From contig NC_069002.1 in NCBI RefSeq assembly GCF_001194135.2, positions 31,083,333-31,119,891 on the forward strand: DNA of 36,559 nt, given 5' to 3'. Made by a program: the position numbers and the translations under genes. Of this stretch, positions 10,032-21,348 are shown piece after piece (the stretch's first letter is position 1; every line of letters starts with the position of its first letter). A model generated the notes under the pieces. The model saw only the letters and a list, made by a program, of their open reading frames with translations. It was not told where the DNA came from and searched no databases. This stretch comes from Octopus bimaculoides (lineage: Eukaryota).

Positions 10032-10208
10032 CAACAACAACGAAAACTACCTTAGGAATGTGAACCCGGGTTCGAAATTCTCCAAGACACCTGATGAAGG
10101 CTGGAGGGTATATCAGCCGAAACGTTGTGTTAACAAACAAGATGAGGACAAATATCCGTCAAATGTAAATAATGTGCATAATTCCTCATCTCTTAAATAT
10201 AGAACTGT
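9921..10208 (+). mobile_element. tRNA-headed, (AAT)n-containing SINE-like element with HHR tail; right copy of an inverted pair
   Basis: Head GGTTAAGAG..GGGCTACTAACCCCAAGATTCCGAGTTTGATTCCAGGCAGTGACC (tRNA-like, B box), then (AAT)n, HHR and a tail ending AAATATAGAACTG; the same tail occurs at 32683-32813. Confidence 0.8.
10086..10131 (+). ncRNA. Minimal type-I hammerhead motif (dimer type), GUU site after 10126
   Basis: Stem I GACAC/GTGTT; CTGATGA (10091-97) plus one extra A; stem II GGCTG/CAGCC; GAAA (10119-22); loopless palindromic stem III ACGT. Confidence 0.7.
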
Positions 10209-10315
10209 GTTTTAAATTCTATAATAGAAATATAACGATAGTTAACATGGATGATTAGAACAGATATGAAAATTCGGTCTGAAATTAAGCACAGAGACAG
10301 TAACTATCGCTCTAC

Positions 10316-10333
10316 CTTTTTTAAATTATACAT
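10316..10333 (-). CDS. Putative first coding exon (MYNLKK) of the divergent minus-strand gene
   Basis: GAAAATG (A at -3), then TAT AAT TTA AAA AAG|GTAGAG, a phase-0 donor compatible with the 470-321 exon; sits at the 3' end of a unique GC-richer promoter-proximal region. Intervening exons could be hidden in N gaps. Confidence 0.4.
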
Positions 10334-10649
10334 TTTCTTCAAAGTTACTTCCGTCCGAAAAAATAAAAGAATTATAACAAGCACCAATATTTGATCTTAG
10401 AAAGCCTATTTCGAATGGAAGATGATGCTTTCTGGACGAAACTTTGAATCGGAACAAACTTCTTTTCTTTTCTTTCAATTGAACCCATTCTTCATAATTC
10501 CTAATCCCCCTTTTGTTTTTTCATTTTAGTTTTTTTTCCCAAATAATATCAATATTGGGTGAACCGTTCCATTTTCGGCCAAGGGAGGAGGGAACATCTG
10601 TGCCGACATCAAACACTGGACACGTTGCTATAGTAATTCTTTCTACCTC

Positions 10650-11190
10650 ATCACCTCCACTCTCTCTTTCTCTATCTTTCTATCTGTTACTTTCATTCTT
10701 TCGCTCGTTCTCTTATTCATTTTGTCTATCTATTTATTTCCATCTCACTTTCTCCCTCTATCTCTCACTATATTCATCAGTCTCTCTTACTTTCTCCCTC
10801 TCTTTTTCTCCCTACTACCTTCTCCTTCACTGTCTATTTCTATCACTTCCTATTTGTCTCTCTCTCTCACCATCCCTTTTTTTATCTCTCTATCTTATCA
10901 ATTTCTTCCTCTCTGTTAGACTACCTATTGATCTCTATTACTTTCTCCTTCCCTCTTCATTTCTCCGTCTTAATGTACATCATTCTCTTTCTCTTTCTAG
11001 ATAGATAGATAGATATATGTATATTGCTTTCACTCTCCTTGTCTCTTATTCTTTCTTCCCCTCTCTGTATCTGTCATTTTTACTCCCACTCTCCCTCTCT
11101 TTACCTCTATCACTTTCTTTCTCTCCCTTCCCTCTGACTTTCTCTCGCTCTCTTTACCTCTCTCTCCCTTCCCTCTCACTTTCTATCCTT
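10650..11190. repeat. ~540-bp degenerate (CT)-rich pyrimidine tract in the putative bidirectional promoter
   Basis: The + strand is strongly C/T-biased; explains the spurious ORFs 10513-11004, 10722-10919 and 11017-11232. Confidence 0.9.
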
Positions 11191-11191
11191 A

Positions 11192-11199
11192 TGACGTCA
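11192..11199. promoter_or_regulatory. Palindromic CRE/ATF motif TGACGTCA just upstream of TMEM258 exon 1
   Basis: Exact consensus 8-mer ending 46 nt before the ATG, in a CpG-containing patch (TGACGTCACTACCGGTTTCGG). Confidence 0.55.
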
Positions 11200-11244
11200 C
11201 TACCGGTTTCGGCCTTCATTCATGTCAACTAGTTCCTCTCCATC

Positions 11245-11247
11245 ATG
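11245..11247 (+). CDS. TMEM258: TMEM258 coding exon 1 (ATG only)
   Basis: CCATCATG|GTAAGT: good start context and a perfect donor; joins in phase 0 to exon 2. An ATG-only first exon is the structure I recall for vertebrate TMEM258. Confidence 0.8.
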
Positions 11248-12292
11248 GTAAGTTCTCACTCTGATCAAACTCGAATATTTTTCTATCGATATTTCACATG
11301 AACTCAACTTAAACTTAATTACTCCAAATATTCTAATTAATTATCAAACTTCAATTAACCCCAATTCCAAATATTTCACTACTAATTTAACCATAACCTC
11401 TTTTTTTCAGCAGTAAATTCTCCAATTAAACCGAAACTGCTTCAAATTGTTACACGTTGCATAAAAACACACACACACACACACATACATTCTTTTATAC
11501 AGATCTGTCTTGATAATGTCGATGTTGATGTTATACTACACTAACCAACCTTAATCCAGCAGATTAAATGATTTTAATGTAATCGTAGACGTTACAGAAG
11601 TGACCATCACGATTTTTATGCAGGCAGCGTATCTAGAATCGAATGCATACATCTTATAATAACACAAGTACAGTTGTTGTTTTGCTCCCCCCCCCCACTC
11701 ATCGGGTCAGCTGTGATTAAGGAGACCTACGACCAAAGGCATTCCATACATGACCATCCTGTTTTTTTAAGGATATGTTGCACTATATAAATGTAGGAAT
11801 CGGAAGAAATATTTTCAAGGAAATAAATTGTAAAGAAGTGAAAAAGTTACGGAGCGGGTAAATGTTTCGAAACTCGGCTCGTGTGTGATTCGAGTGAAGA
11901 TTTGTGTGCTATTTCTAGCAGGTCGTATACTATTGATGGCGAAAACGCATAACCGGTGGTTAGGGTTAGGGTTACACTGAAAACGGGTGGTGTGCATATT
12001 CTTTACCTCCACCCTATTGTTGTTATTACTTAGCTTTAAGTCAGCCTCGATCGAACCGACCCATAATTTGATATCGTTCCACCCGTGACCATTCGTTTTA
12101 TATATATATATATATATATAAAGGATACTCATTCTTCCTGTTTCTTGAGTAAAGCTGCAATGGACTGGCGTCCCGTCCAGCTGAGGGGGAACACACACTC
12201 CATAGAAACTGGGAAACCAGGCCCCTGAGCCTGGCTAGGCTTTAAAAGGGCGCATTAATAAATATATAAAGGATTAGTATCGAAAGATCGCC

Positions 12293-12331
<39 letters not shown>

Positions 12332-12939
12332 GTGGGGGCAGAGATTAAGTTAGCCAGTGTTACTATTTTTCAAGTTAGTAAGATGTGAGTTGAAGAAGAT
12401 TTGGTCGCTATTTCTTGTACGTTGAATGACTGCGTTGGCCATTTATTTGGTCCCACGTCACCTCTGGCACGACAGACATTCCAATTAATGCCCTATGACC
12501 ACTACGTGTAATGAATCTCGTTTAACCCTAAATCAGCCCCACTCCAACGAAAACTGGACGAAAGACGCTTCAGCCACGACCACCAGGCTTTTATTCAGAC
12601 ATAGTATACCTAGGACTACATTATCAAATGTGACCTCCCTTCCCAGGTTAACTTTGGTCAAGCTGACCTGTAATCAAAGACATCCTACCTGTAACCAACC
12701 TGCCTTTTTTCTCAAACATAGTTTAGTTTGGGCTACATTTATCAAATATGTCCTGTTTTTTTTTATTAAGACGGTTGTGTAGTTTGAGGGCATTTTGGCT
12801 GTTATATCTAGCAGCTGAGGTTATCATCTGTAGTCTACCCTCTTATTATATTTATTCATGTAACATCAGTTTATGTCCCCTTTTCCATGCTGGCTTGGGT
12901 TGGGACGGGTTTTTCTGAGACAAAATTTGCTTTCATTTC

Positions 12940-13075
12940 GCAGGTGGCTGTGTGGTAAGATGCTTGCTTCTCAACCACATGGTTCTGTGTGGTGCCTTGA
13001 GCAAGTGTCTTCCTTGGGCTGACCAAATCCTTGTGAGTGGATTTGGTAGACTGAAATTGAAAGAAGCCCATCAAT
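12940..13075 (+). mobile_element. CORE-like SINE head (another copy at ~13215-13375)
   Basis: GCAGGTGGCTGTGTGGTAAG...CCTTGAGCAAGTGTCTT...GAAAGAAGCCC, homologous to 2330-2490. Confidence 0.75.
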
Positions 13076-13568
13076 TATATATATATATGTCCCGTCTAGC
13101 TGGGCAGGGTAACACACCATGGAATCCGGGCCCATGAGCTTGGCTAGCTTTTAAAAAGGGCGCATAAATAAATAATATCTAATACACACGTTTTCACATG
13201 CACGTGTGTGTAGATGCAGGCATGACTATGTGGTTAATAAGCCTTCTTTTTAAATGCATGGTTCCAGGTACAGTCCCACTGTGTGGCACCTTGGGCAAGG
13301 GTCTTCTACTATAGCCCCAGGCTGACTAAAGCCTTGTGAGTGAATTTCATAGATGCAAACTAAAATATCCTGTCATATATATATGCACGCATGTTTGTTT
13401 CTCTTTGAGTTTTATTCAAAGCTAGTCACTAACAAAGCAAAGAGACATCTCAGTGTTTGTAAATATGTGGTTTGAGTTGAGTTGTTGTATGAACTCTCAA
13501 TGCATACAACTGTATGTCTCTATTTGAAGAATCTTTGGAATGTCTGACAAATTTTCACTGTGCCACTT

Positions 13569-13953
13569 GTTGTTGGCACTCCGTCGCTTACGACGTCGAG
13601 GGTTCCAGTTGATCCGATCAACTGAACAGCCTGCTCATGAAATTAACGTGCAAGTAGCTGAGCACTCCACAGACACGTGTACCCTTAACGTAGTTCTCGG
13701 GGATATTCAGCGTGACACAGTGTGACAAGGCTGACCCTTTGAATTACAGGCACAGCAGAAACAGGAAGTAAGAGTGAGAGAAAGTTGTGGTGAAAGAGTA
13801 CAGCAGGGTTCGCCACCATCCCCTGCCGGAGCCTCGTGGAGTTTTAGGTGCTATCTCTCAATAAACACTCACAACGCCAGGTCTGGGAATCGAAACTGCG
13901 ATCCTATGACCGCGAGTCCGCTGCCCTAACCACTGGGCCATTGCGCCTCCACT
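13569..13953 (-). mobile_element. Full-length tRNA-derived SINE (~385 bp) with 11-bp TSD CTGTGCCACTT
   Basis: Intact A/B-box head at 13952-13880; tail ...GACGGAGTGCCAACAACAA; TSD at 13558-13568 and 13954-13964. Confidence 0.9.
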
Positions 13954-14523
13954 CTGTGCCACTTATTGATTGAATTTGGAGAATGAGCATCAGTTTCTTA
14001 TTTTGTTCTTTCTTTGAAAAAGTTTTGTATTTCTCGGATTTTGTGTAAATTTGTAGATGCATAACCTAATGCACCTATGATGATAGGTACAAATAAAAGC
14101 TTATAGCCAAGGTGCAAGGGCTGTAGGTTCCACATTAGTTTACCATAAATGTTCTCTTTTTTTCTGGATGTTTGATGGTACATTTACGTCCATTGGGCAG
14201 CTGACCAATCATTTTTATGTCCACTTTACATACTGGCATGAAATGGACAGGTCATTGTGGTCCTAGATATTTCTTACTGGGTGCTGCAGCTGCTGCTCCC
14301 AATAGACAGATGTTCACGTGTGCCATTTGGCCTGCTTTCTACAGCTGGATACCCTTACAAAGTGTACTGGATGTGTTTTCTCATGACACCAATAGTAGAG
14401 AGGTTGATTAAAGGGAGCTCATTTGCCAACCACTTTACATTGAATTCTGGGTCCATTTCTCTGAAATTGTTTCACTCTCCGGTCACTTTTGAGTGGGGGC
14501 TGGATTTGAATTCTGAATATCAA

Positions 14524-14745
14524 CCCTTTAGCATTCAGTTTACTCTGTCAAATGCAATGCTTATTTATTCACAGTGTTTTGAATTAAAATCCTGCATTAT
14601 TCTATAGCTTTGCAGTTTCAATGATGTGATTGTGTATTTTTAGAATTACATTGTAGGATAGGTGTGAGAGGCTGGATGTGGCCAGTTTGAACATAAAACA
14701 GGTTGAATATCTTGGCTGGATATAAGTGGTTTAAATGCTAAAGGG
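14524..14745. mobile_element. piggyBac-type MITE (TIR CCCTTTAGCATT); related copies at ~17111-17335 and fragments at ~15305-15530, ~17020-17110 and ~27420-27720
   Basis: TIRs 14524-14535 and 14734-14745; TTAA on the right, TCAA on the left. Confidence 0.7.
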
Positions 14746-15836
14746 TTAAGTGCCATAACTAAATACCATCATCATTATCATCATTCAGCATCCGCTTTCC
14801 ATGCTGGTATGGGTTAGATGGTTTGAGTGGAACTGGTAAGCCGGAGAGCTGTAAACCAGTCACCAGTCTGGTTTGGCGTGGTTACTAAAGTTGGATGCCC
14901 TTCATAACATAACCCCAACCACTCCAAGTGTGAAGTGCAGTGGATGCCTTTCACGTGTCACCAGCACTGGTCATGACTATGATTTCACTTGGTTTGATGT
15001 CTCTTTTCAAACACAGCAAATCACCAAAGGTCTCGTTCACTTGTCATCACTTCTATGAGACCCAACATTTGAAGATCATGCTTCAGCATCTCATCTCATG
15101 TCCTCCTGTAATGCAAAGTCTAAAGCAGACGACTATGTCAAAGAACTGTGGTGGAATGTCTTGACTGGGTTATCAAACCGATTATTAAGAGCTCAAAAAG
15201 TCAAATCTGCTGCCACCAATGAGTCTGGGATTCCAGTTCATGGAGTTGTTGGAAGTTGCCTCAACCCTTCACCAAAATTCATCATTTAGTTTTACTTCAG
15301 GTTTGCCTTAGCATTTAATCCAAAGACTGGTGATAAACCTAATCATTACGCAGATTAACTGTTTAGCATTTAATCTAGCCATATTCGACCGAAATATTCT
15401 ATCTTTTTTATGTTGAAGCTGGCCAGACTGGACTCACTCCAACCTTACAATATCATTCTAAAAATGAGCAATTACCTCATGAAAATATCAAAGCTACAAG
15501 ATGATGCATGATTAATTAAAGGCATGTGAATAAATGCTCTTTTACTTGTTTCAGTCATTTGACTGCAGCCATGCTGGAGCACCACCTTTACTCGAGTAAA
15601 TCGACCCCCATGACTTATTCTTTGGAAGCCTAGTACTTATTCTATCAGTTTCTTTTGCCGAACCACTAAGTTATTTTTGAGAGAATTATGCGAACGCTAA
15701 AGGGTTAACACTTTTACCTGATCTTTGGGTTCCTTTAGCAGAATCCAGTCTGTTGAGGCCAGGTGTCAATTCCATCCATCAGTCTCAGAAGTTCTACCAT
15801 TCCTCTGACTTAGTCATTTAATGAAAATCAATGAAA

Positions 15837-16090
15837 CTCCACCATATTTTGGAAATTTATTTAAATTCCACCATGTCTTGTAATTAACCGACTCCGCCCT
15901 GTTTTGTAATCATGTAAATTCCACCATGTCTTATAATTATGTAAACTCTACTGCGTTCTTGTAATGAGCAAATTTCACCTTTTACTGTAATTAACAAGCT
16001 CCTGCAAGTCTTGTAATTAACGAACTGACCATGTTTTGTAATTAACTCACTCCATCATGATTTGTAATTGAATCAGTTCACCAGTGTGTG
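15837..16090. repeat. Degenerate ~26-27-bp minisatellite (~9 copies, consensus like YTCCACCATGTCTTGTAATTAAC) just upstream of TMEM258 exon 2
   Basis: CCACCATG and TTGTAATTAA motifs recur with regular spacing. Confidence 0.8.
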
Positions 16091-16108
16091 TTTCTTCTTA
16101 TTTTTCAG

Positions 16109-16221
16109 ACAACGCTGGAATCAATGAGCCGTTTTGTCAGCCCTATCAACCCGGCTGTCTTCCCCCATTTGACAGTTGTGTTGTTGGGGATTGGAATCTT
16201 CTTCATGGCTTGGTTCTTTGT
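16109..16221 (+). CDS. TMEM258: TMEM258 coding exon 2: [37 protein letters not shown](V)
   Basis: Recognisably homologous to TMEM258/kuduk ([29 protein letters not shown]); U2 acceptor TTTCTTCTTATTTTTCAG at 16108; U12 donor follows. Confidence 0.95.
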
Positions 16222-16339
16222 GTATCCTTTTGAAGAATTGCAGAGAGCAATGTCGGTAGTGGTTGTTGTGGTGGCAGTTGTTAATGTCTCTCTATGTATT
16301 GACACAATTTTAATGCTGTACTGAAACTACAAAATATAA

Positions 16340-16570
16340 GGCAGCGAGTTGGCAGAAACGTTAGCATGCCAGGCGAAATGCTTAGCGGTATTTCGTCTGT
16401 CTTTACGTTCTGAGTTCAAATTCCGCCGAGGTCGACTTTGCCTTTCATCCTTTCGGGGTCGATAAATTAAGTACCAGTTACACTCTGGGGTCGATGTAAT
16501 CGACTTAATCCCTTTGTTTGTCCTTGTTTGTCCCCTCTATGTTTAGCCCCTTGTGGGCAATAAAGAAATA
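16340..16570 (+). mobile_element. Full-length Meta-domain-like SINE with 18-bp TSD TGAAACTACAAAATATAA
   Basis: TSD at 16322-16339 and 16571-16588; head GGCAGCGAGTTGGCAGAAACG, B box GAGTTCAAATTCC. Confidence 0.9.
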
Positions 16571-17865
16571 TGAAACTACAAAATATAAACATCTGCACCA
16601 CCACACCTGAAACGTACCTGTTATGACTCTTCATCTCGATTTCAATGGACGTGAAGGTATTTAGAATGCCCAAATATATTTCTGCAAATGTGCTAAGCAA
16701 GGGGGTCAGTAGGGCTTCATTTAAGTGGCCCTTCAGAAATTTAACCCCCTTATGATACTCCCTGGGAATTCATGGTATGAAATTCATTGTCATTGCTCCA
16801 ATTTGGTTGCCAATGCCATATATTTAGTTTAAAATGCAGTAAAAGTAGGAGGTCGGTGGGGCCCCAATTAGGCAGCCCTTGAAAAAATAGACCCCCTTAG
16901 GACATTCCCTGGGATTATGGGAGTTGCTGGTTTAAGTTTCGTTATTCTTGCACCAACAGTCTTGGAGGAGTTAAACATAAAAACATAACGGACAGAGAAA
17001 CATCACTCAAATTTATAATAGGATGACATTGTAGGCTAAGTGTGAGAGGCTTGATCTGGCCAGTTTGAAAACATGAAACAGAATATTTAGGGTGAAATTG
17101 GCTGGTTTAATCCCTTAGCATTCAGATTATCCTGTCAAATGTAATACATACTCATTCACAGTGATTTGAATTAATCTTGCTTTATCTCATAGCTTTGCAA
17201 TTTCAATGGTGTGATTATCTTTTTTTCTTAGAATGACATTGTAGGGTGGGTGTGAAAGGCTGGATCAGGCTGGTTTGAAAATGATACAGGTAGAATTTTG
17301 GGGGCTGGATATGGCCAGTTTAAACGCTAAAGGGTTAGTTAAAAGAGAAGCAAACCTTAATAAAATTTCTTCTAGGATTTCCCAATTTTCAAAGGTGATG
17401 GTCACTTTGACCAGTTGTCACCAGGTGGGATCTCTGAACAAACCACCCAAACCTTTCATACTGTCAAAAGTTGCTACAGTATAGCCTACATAATTAAGTC
17501 TCATTTCACAATTTAATTTTTTTAATTAACAAATGCTTTTTATTAGATAATTATTGGCTTTTAATGTAATGGTTTTATAAAACTAACACTAAATATCTGT
17601 TTTCTTCAAGTTATTATTTTTTTAAAATATATTTAAATGGAATTAATTAAACTGTTTCAATATTTTGTAAAACATCAAATAACGTTTTTTTTTTTCTTCT
17701 TTTTTACAACCATTTTTACAGAAATTGTAAAATATTCCTGTTATATTTCTCTGACATATTTTCTTACAAATGTTTGCAAGAATAATTTTCTGTGTTGTTT
17801 TCCAATCATTTTTATGAAAAAAAAAACATACACAGATAATATAAAATGGTCCACTATATACATAA

Positions 17866-17897
<32 letters not shown>

Positions 17898-19824
17898 TTA
17901 AACACATACGTATGTACNNNNNNNNNNTATATATATTTAAACACACATGTATGTACATACATAATATATATATATATATATATGTATACACACACATACA
18001 TACATAATACATATATATATATATATATATATACATATATATATACACATACACTCATACATATGTAATATATATGTGTGTGTGTTTACATAAATATACA
18101 CACACATGTATATAATTTATATACAACAGTAATGGTGGATTTTCTTTCAAATATTAACAATGCTGTTTTATTGCAGATGAATATCTTTTTGTCTGTTTGT
18201 TGTTGTTTTTGCAAAGAATTATATGAAGTGGGGAAACAAATAATCTACTGAATAATCAACCATTTTAATACAGATATTAAATTTTTTTTTTCCTTTATTC
18301 TCTGCTGTGCCAACATGGCTTACAGATATTGAAGATATAAAATATAATCAACAATGGGTCTTTGGGGGTTTTTTTTGTTGTTTTACCATTTTTTTTTTAT
18401 CCCTCACTAAAATATAATAGAATTGAAAGAAAACATTGACATTTGTTTACAAACGTATTGTGAGGAAAAGAATTGATATATTTCAGTGGAATAAAAGATT
18501 AAAGTGAGGAAATTTGAACATTAAAAGCAATCAGACAATCCATTAGTCTGAGAGAGATGGAATTTCATTAATTTATCCTGATGTTGACAAAAAAACCAAG
18601 TTTTTCACAGCAAAAATCTGCAACACAAATATTCGTGTGGAGATATCATCATCATCATTTAGTGTCTCCCATTTTACAATTACAAGAGTCAGACAGAATT
18701 TGTTGTTGTAGATCTTTTTTTACAATCGGATGCCCTTTCTGTCACCTACCTTCATCTGTTCTCCAAGCAGGTAATAAATGTTTCCCCCATGACCTAGACA
18801 TGTTTTTCTTGGAGGACTGGAAATGAACAAACTCACTTGTTTGTTGATGATAGGCATTTACAACCTTTAGGTGATGTCTAGGGTACACACAAGCACATAC
18901 ACACATGTACACACACACACATATATACAGTGGGCTTCTTTCAGTTTCCATCTACCAGATCCGCTCACAAGGCTTTGGTTGGCCTGGGGCTATAATAGAA
19001 GATACCTGTCCAAGGTACCACTCAGTGGGACCAAACTCAAGACGACATAGTTGGGAACGACAGAGAAACAGCAGAAACCTTCTTCACAATCTCTCAACAC
19101 AACAAATAATACACCTCCTTCCCTCCAGATATCAACACACCCAAATAACAACCTGAGCTCACCTAAACCACGCATAGAACTTCCCAACACAAGGCCCATG
19201 TGCATAACCCCACATACCTGTAAATTCATTAAAGCTCAGTTTTTCAGGCCAATGAGGTGAGATCTTGGGAGGGAATCCCTCAGGGATTTTTATTCCTTGA
19301 AGTGAAGCCAAAATCAATATATGTTTATCAATTCTCATTCTTCTACCTGTCCTGTCTGCTCTCGTGAAGGTGCATAGCTTTGTAGTTTAGGGTATTTAGA
19401 TCAGGTCGTGAGTTCAATTCCCGGCGACACGTTGTGTCCTTGAGCAAGACACTTTATTTCACATTGCTCCAGTCCACTCAGCTGGCAGAAATAAATAGTA
19501 GTACCTGTAATTCAAAGGGGCCAGCTTTGTCACATCCTGTGAGTTGCTGAATCTCTCTCAGAACTATGTTAAAGGTATGTGTATCTGTGGAGTTCTCAAC
19601 CACTTTCACATTAATTGCACAAGCTGGCTGTCCCATTGATCAGATCAACTGGAACCTCCATTGTCATAACCGACAGAGTGCCAGTTATTATATGAAAACA
19701 TTAAAATATTAATTATTATTAATTAATATTTACTTCTTTCTTTTGTCTTAACATTGATTGCAAACTGCAAGCAAATATCATTACAAAAGACTATAATGAA
19801 ACATTTCTATAAAGATTTTTTTAA

Positions 19825-20024
19825 CCCTTTCACTGCTAAATTGAATTTCATGATTATTGCAGTTGCAATTTTAAATATCTACCAAAATATATAGAATTGG
19901 GATTTTCTGCAAAGTTGTATATCTTCATTGAACTTCACACATCTCAACAGGAAATAGTTTTAAAAATGATATTCCTCAACAAAAAATAGATCGATATATA
20001 AAACTGATTTCCACAGTGAAAGGG
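19825..20024. mobile_element. piggyBac-type MITE, 200 bp, 11-bp TIR CCCTTTCACTG, TTAA TSDs
   Basis: TTAA 19821-24, TIR 19825-35, TIR 20014-24, TTAA 20025-28. Confidence 0.8.
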
Positions 20025-20039
20025 TTAACTATATTTCCC

Positions 20040-20395
20040 TTTTACCTTTTGTTTCACTCACTAGACTGTGGCCATGCTGGAGCACAACCTTGAAGAATTT
20101 TTAGTCAACCGAATTAACTCCAGTACTTTTCTAGTCTCTTTTGCTGAACGACTAAGTTGTGGGGATGTAAACACACCAACACCAGATGTCAAGTGGTGGT
20201 GGTGGTGGGGCAGACACAAAGACACCCACATGTATCTATGATGGACTTCTTTCAGTCTCCGTCTACCAGATCCACTCACAAGGCATTGGTTGGTCCAAGG
20301 CTATTGAAGAAGACACTCACCCAAGGTGTCACGCAGTGGGACGGAACCCAGAACCATGTAGTTGGGAATCAAGCTTCTTACCACACAATTATATC
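20040..20395 (-). mobile_element. CORE-like SINE
   Basis: Reverse complement of the 2330-2728 family; another partial copy at ~18920-19050. Confidence 0.75.
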
Positions 20396-21085
20396 TGTGC
20401 CTCACCATCACCATCCTTTAACGTCCATTTTCCCTGCTGGCATGAGCTGGGCAGTTTGACCAGAGCTGGCAGGCAGGAGAACTGCACCAGGTTCCAGTCT
20501 GATTTGGCTTGGTCCCTATGGTTGGATGCCCTTCCTAATGCCAATCACTTTACCAAGTGTGCTGCATGATTTTAATGTGGCCCCAGCGCAGGACTCTTGA
20601 AGGCTAATCCTCTTCACCAGGTGGGGAGTGATTTTAACACTTCTGCTGTGGAGGACAGGTCGTCTTGAGTACAGCAAGGTGCCAGCTATCTCAATCCACT
20701 GTCACCTCATCTGAAAGGTTCAGCATCCTGAGGTCGTCCTTCAGTACTTTGCCTCTTGTCTTTCTGGATCTCCCTCTTCCACAAGATCCATCCACTTTGA
20801 GTGAATGACACTTCTTTATGGAGCTGTCAGAATAATTTAATTTTTCTACAGAAGCCCCAAAGACATAACATCACCATTTCATGATAAAACCATTTCTGTT
20901 TTCTTTTTTTTACATAATAAAATAATTTAGCCAGTCTAACAGTTTCCAGATTTATGCTGTCTCTGGAAGCTGCTACGCTTAACTCCGGATATGTGAGGAA
21001 CAGTTAGGTGGAGGGACTGAAGCTATCATTTCTGGCATGCCCTTTCACATCTCAAACAAAAATTCAGTGCTCCAAGTCCCCAGAA

Positions 21086-21348
21086 CAGTGTTTCTCAACC
21101 ATTTTTCTTACCTATGGATCCCTTTTGACGCCTGTTTTATTCAGATTGACCCTCATGGCCATTCGATGTTTAAAAAAAATCTTATATTTTTATACTTAAG
21201 GGAATTATATAAAGAATATGTAAGGGAAAAAATTGTTGAAGTATTTTGTGTATTGTAGGAATATAAGGAATTTATTGCACATGAATTTTAACAATAAAAT
21301 CTTTTATGGACTCCCAAGAGTCGTAAGGACCCTTGTTGAGAATCACTG
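21086..21348. mobile_element. hAT-type MITE, 14-bp TIRs, degenerate 8-bp TSD
   Basis: CAGTGTTTCTCAAC (21086-99) and GTTGAGAATCACTG (21335-48); flanks CCCCAGAA and CACCAGAC match 6/8. Confidence 0.65.

Noticed and set aside
11958-11974. (TTAGGG)2 telomere-like motif
   Set aside because: Too short to call an interstitial telomeric repeat.
18176-18260. Possible cryptic exon in the U12 intron (TTGCAG acceptor at ~18176; ATATGAAGT at ~18221 mimics the start of exon 3)
   Set aside because: No U12 branch site, no AG before ATATGAAGT, the frame closes quickly (YEVGKQIIY*), and no good donor.
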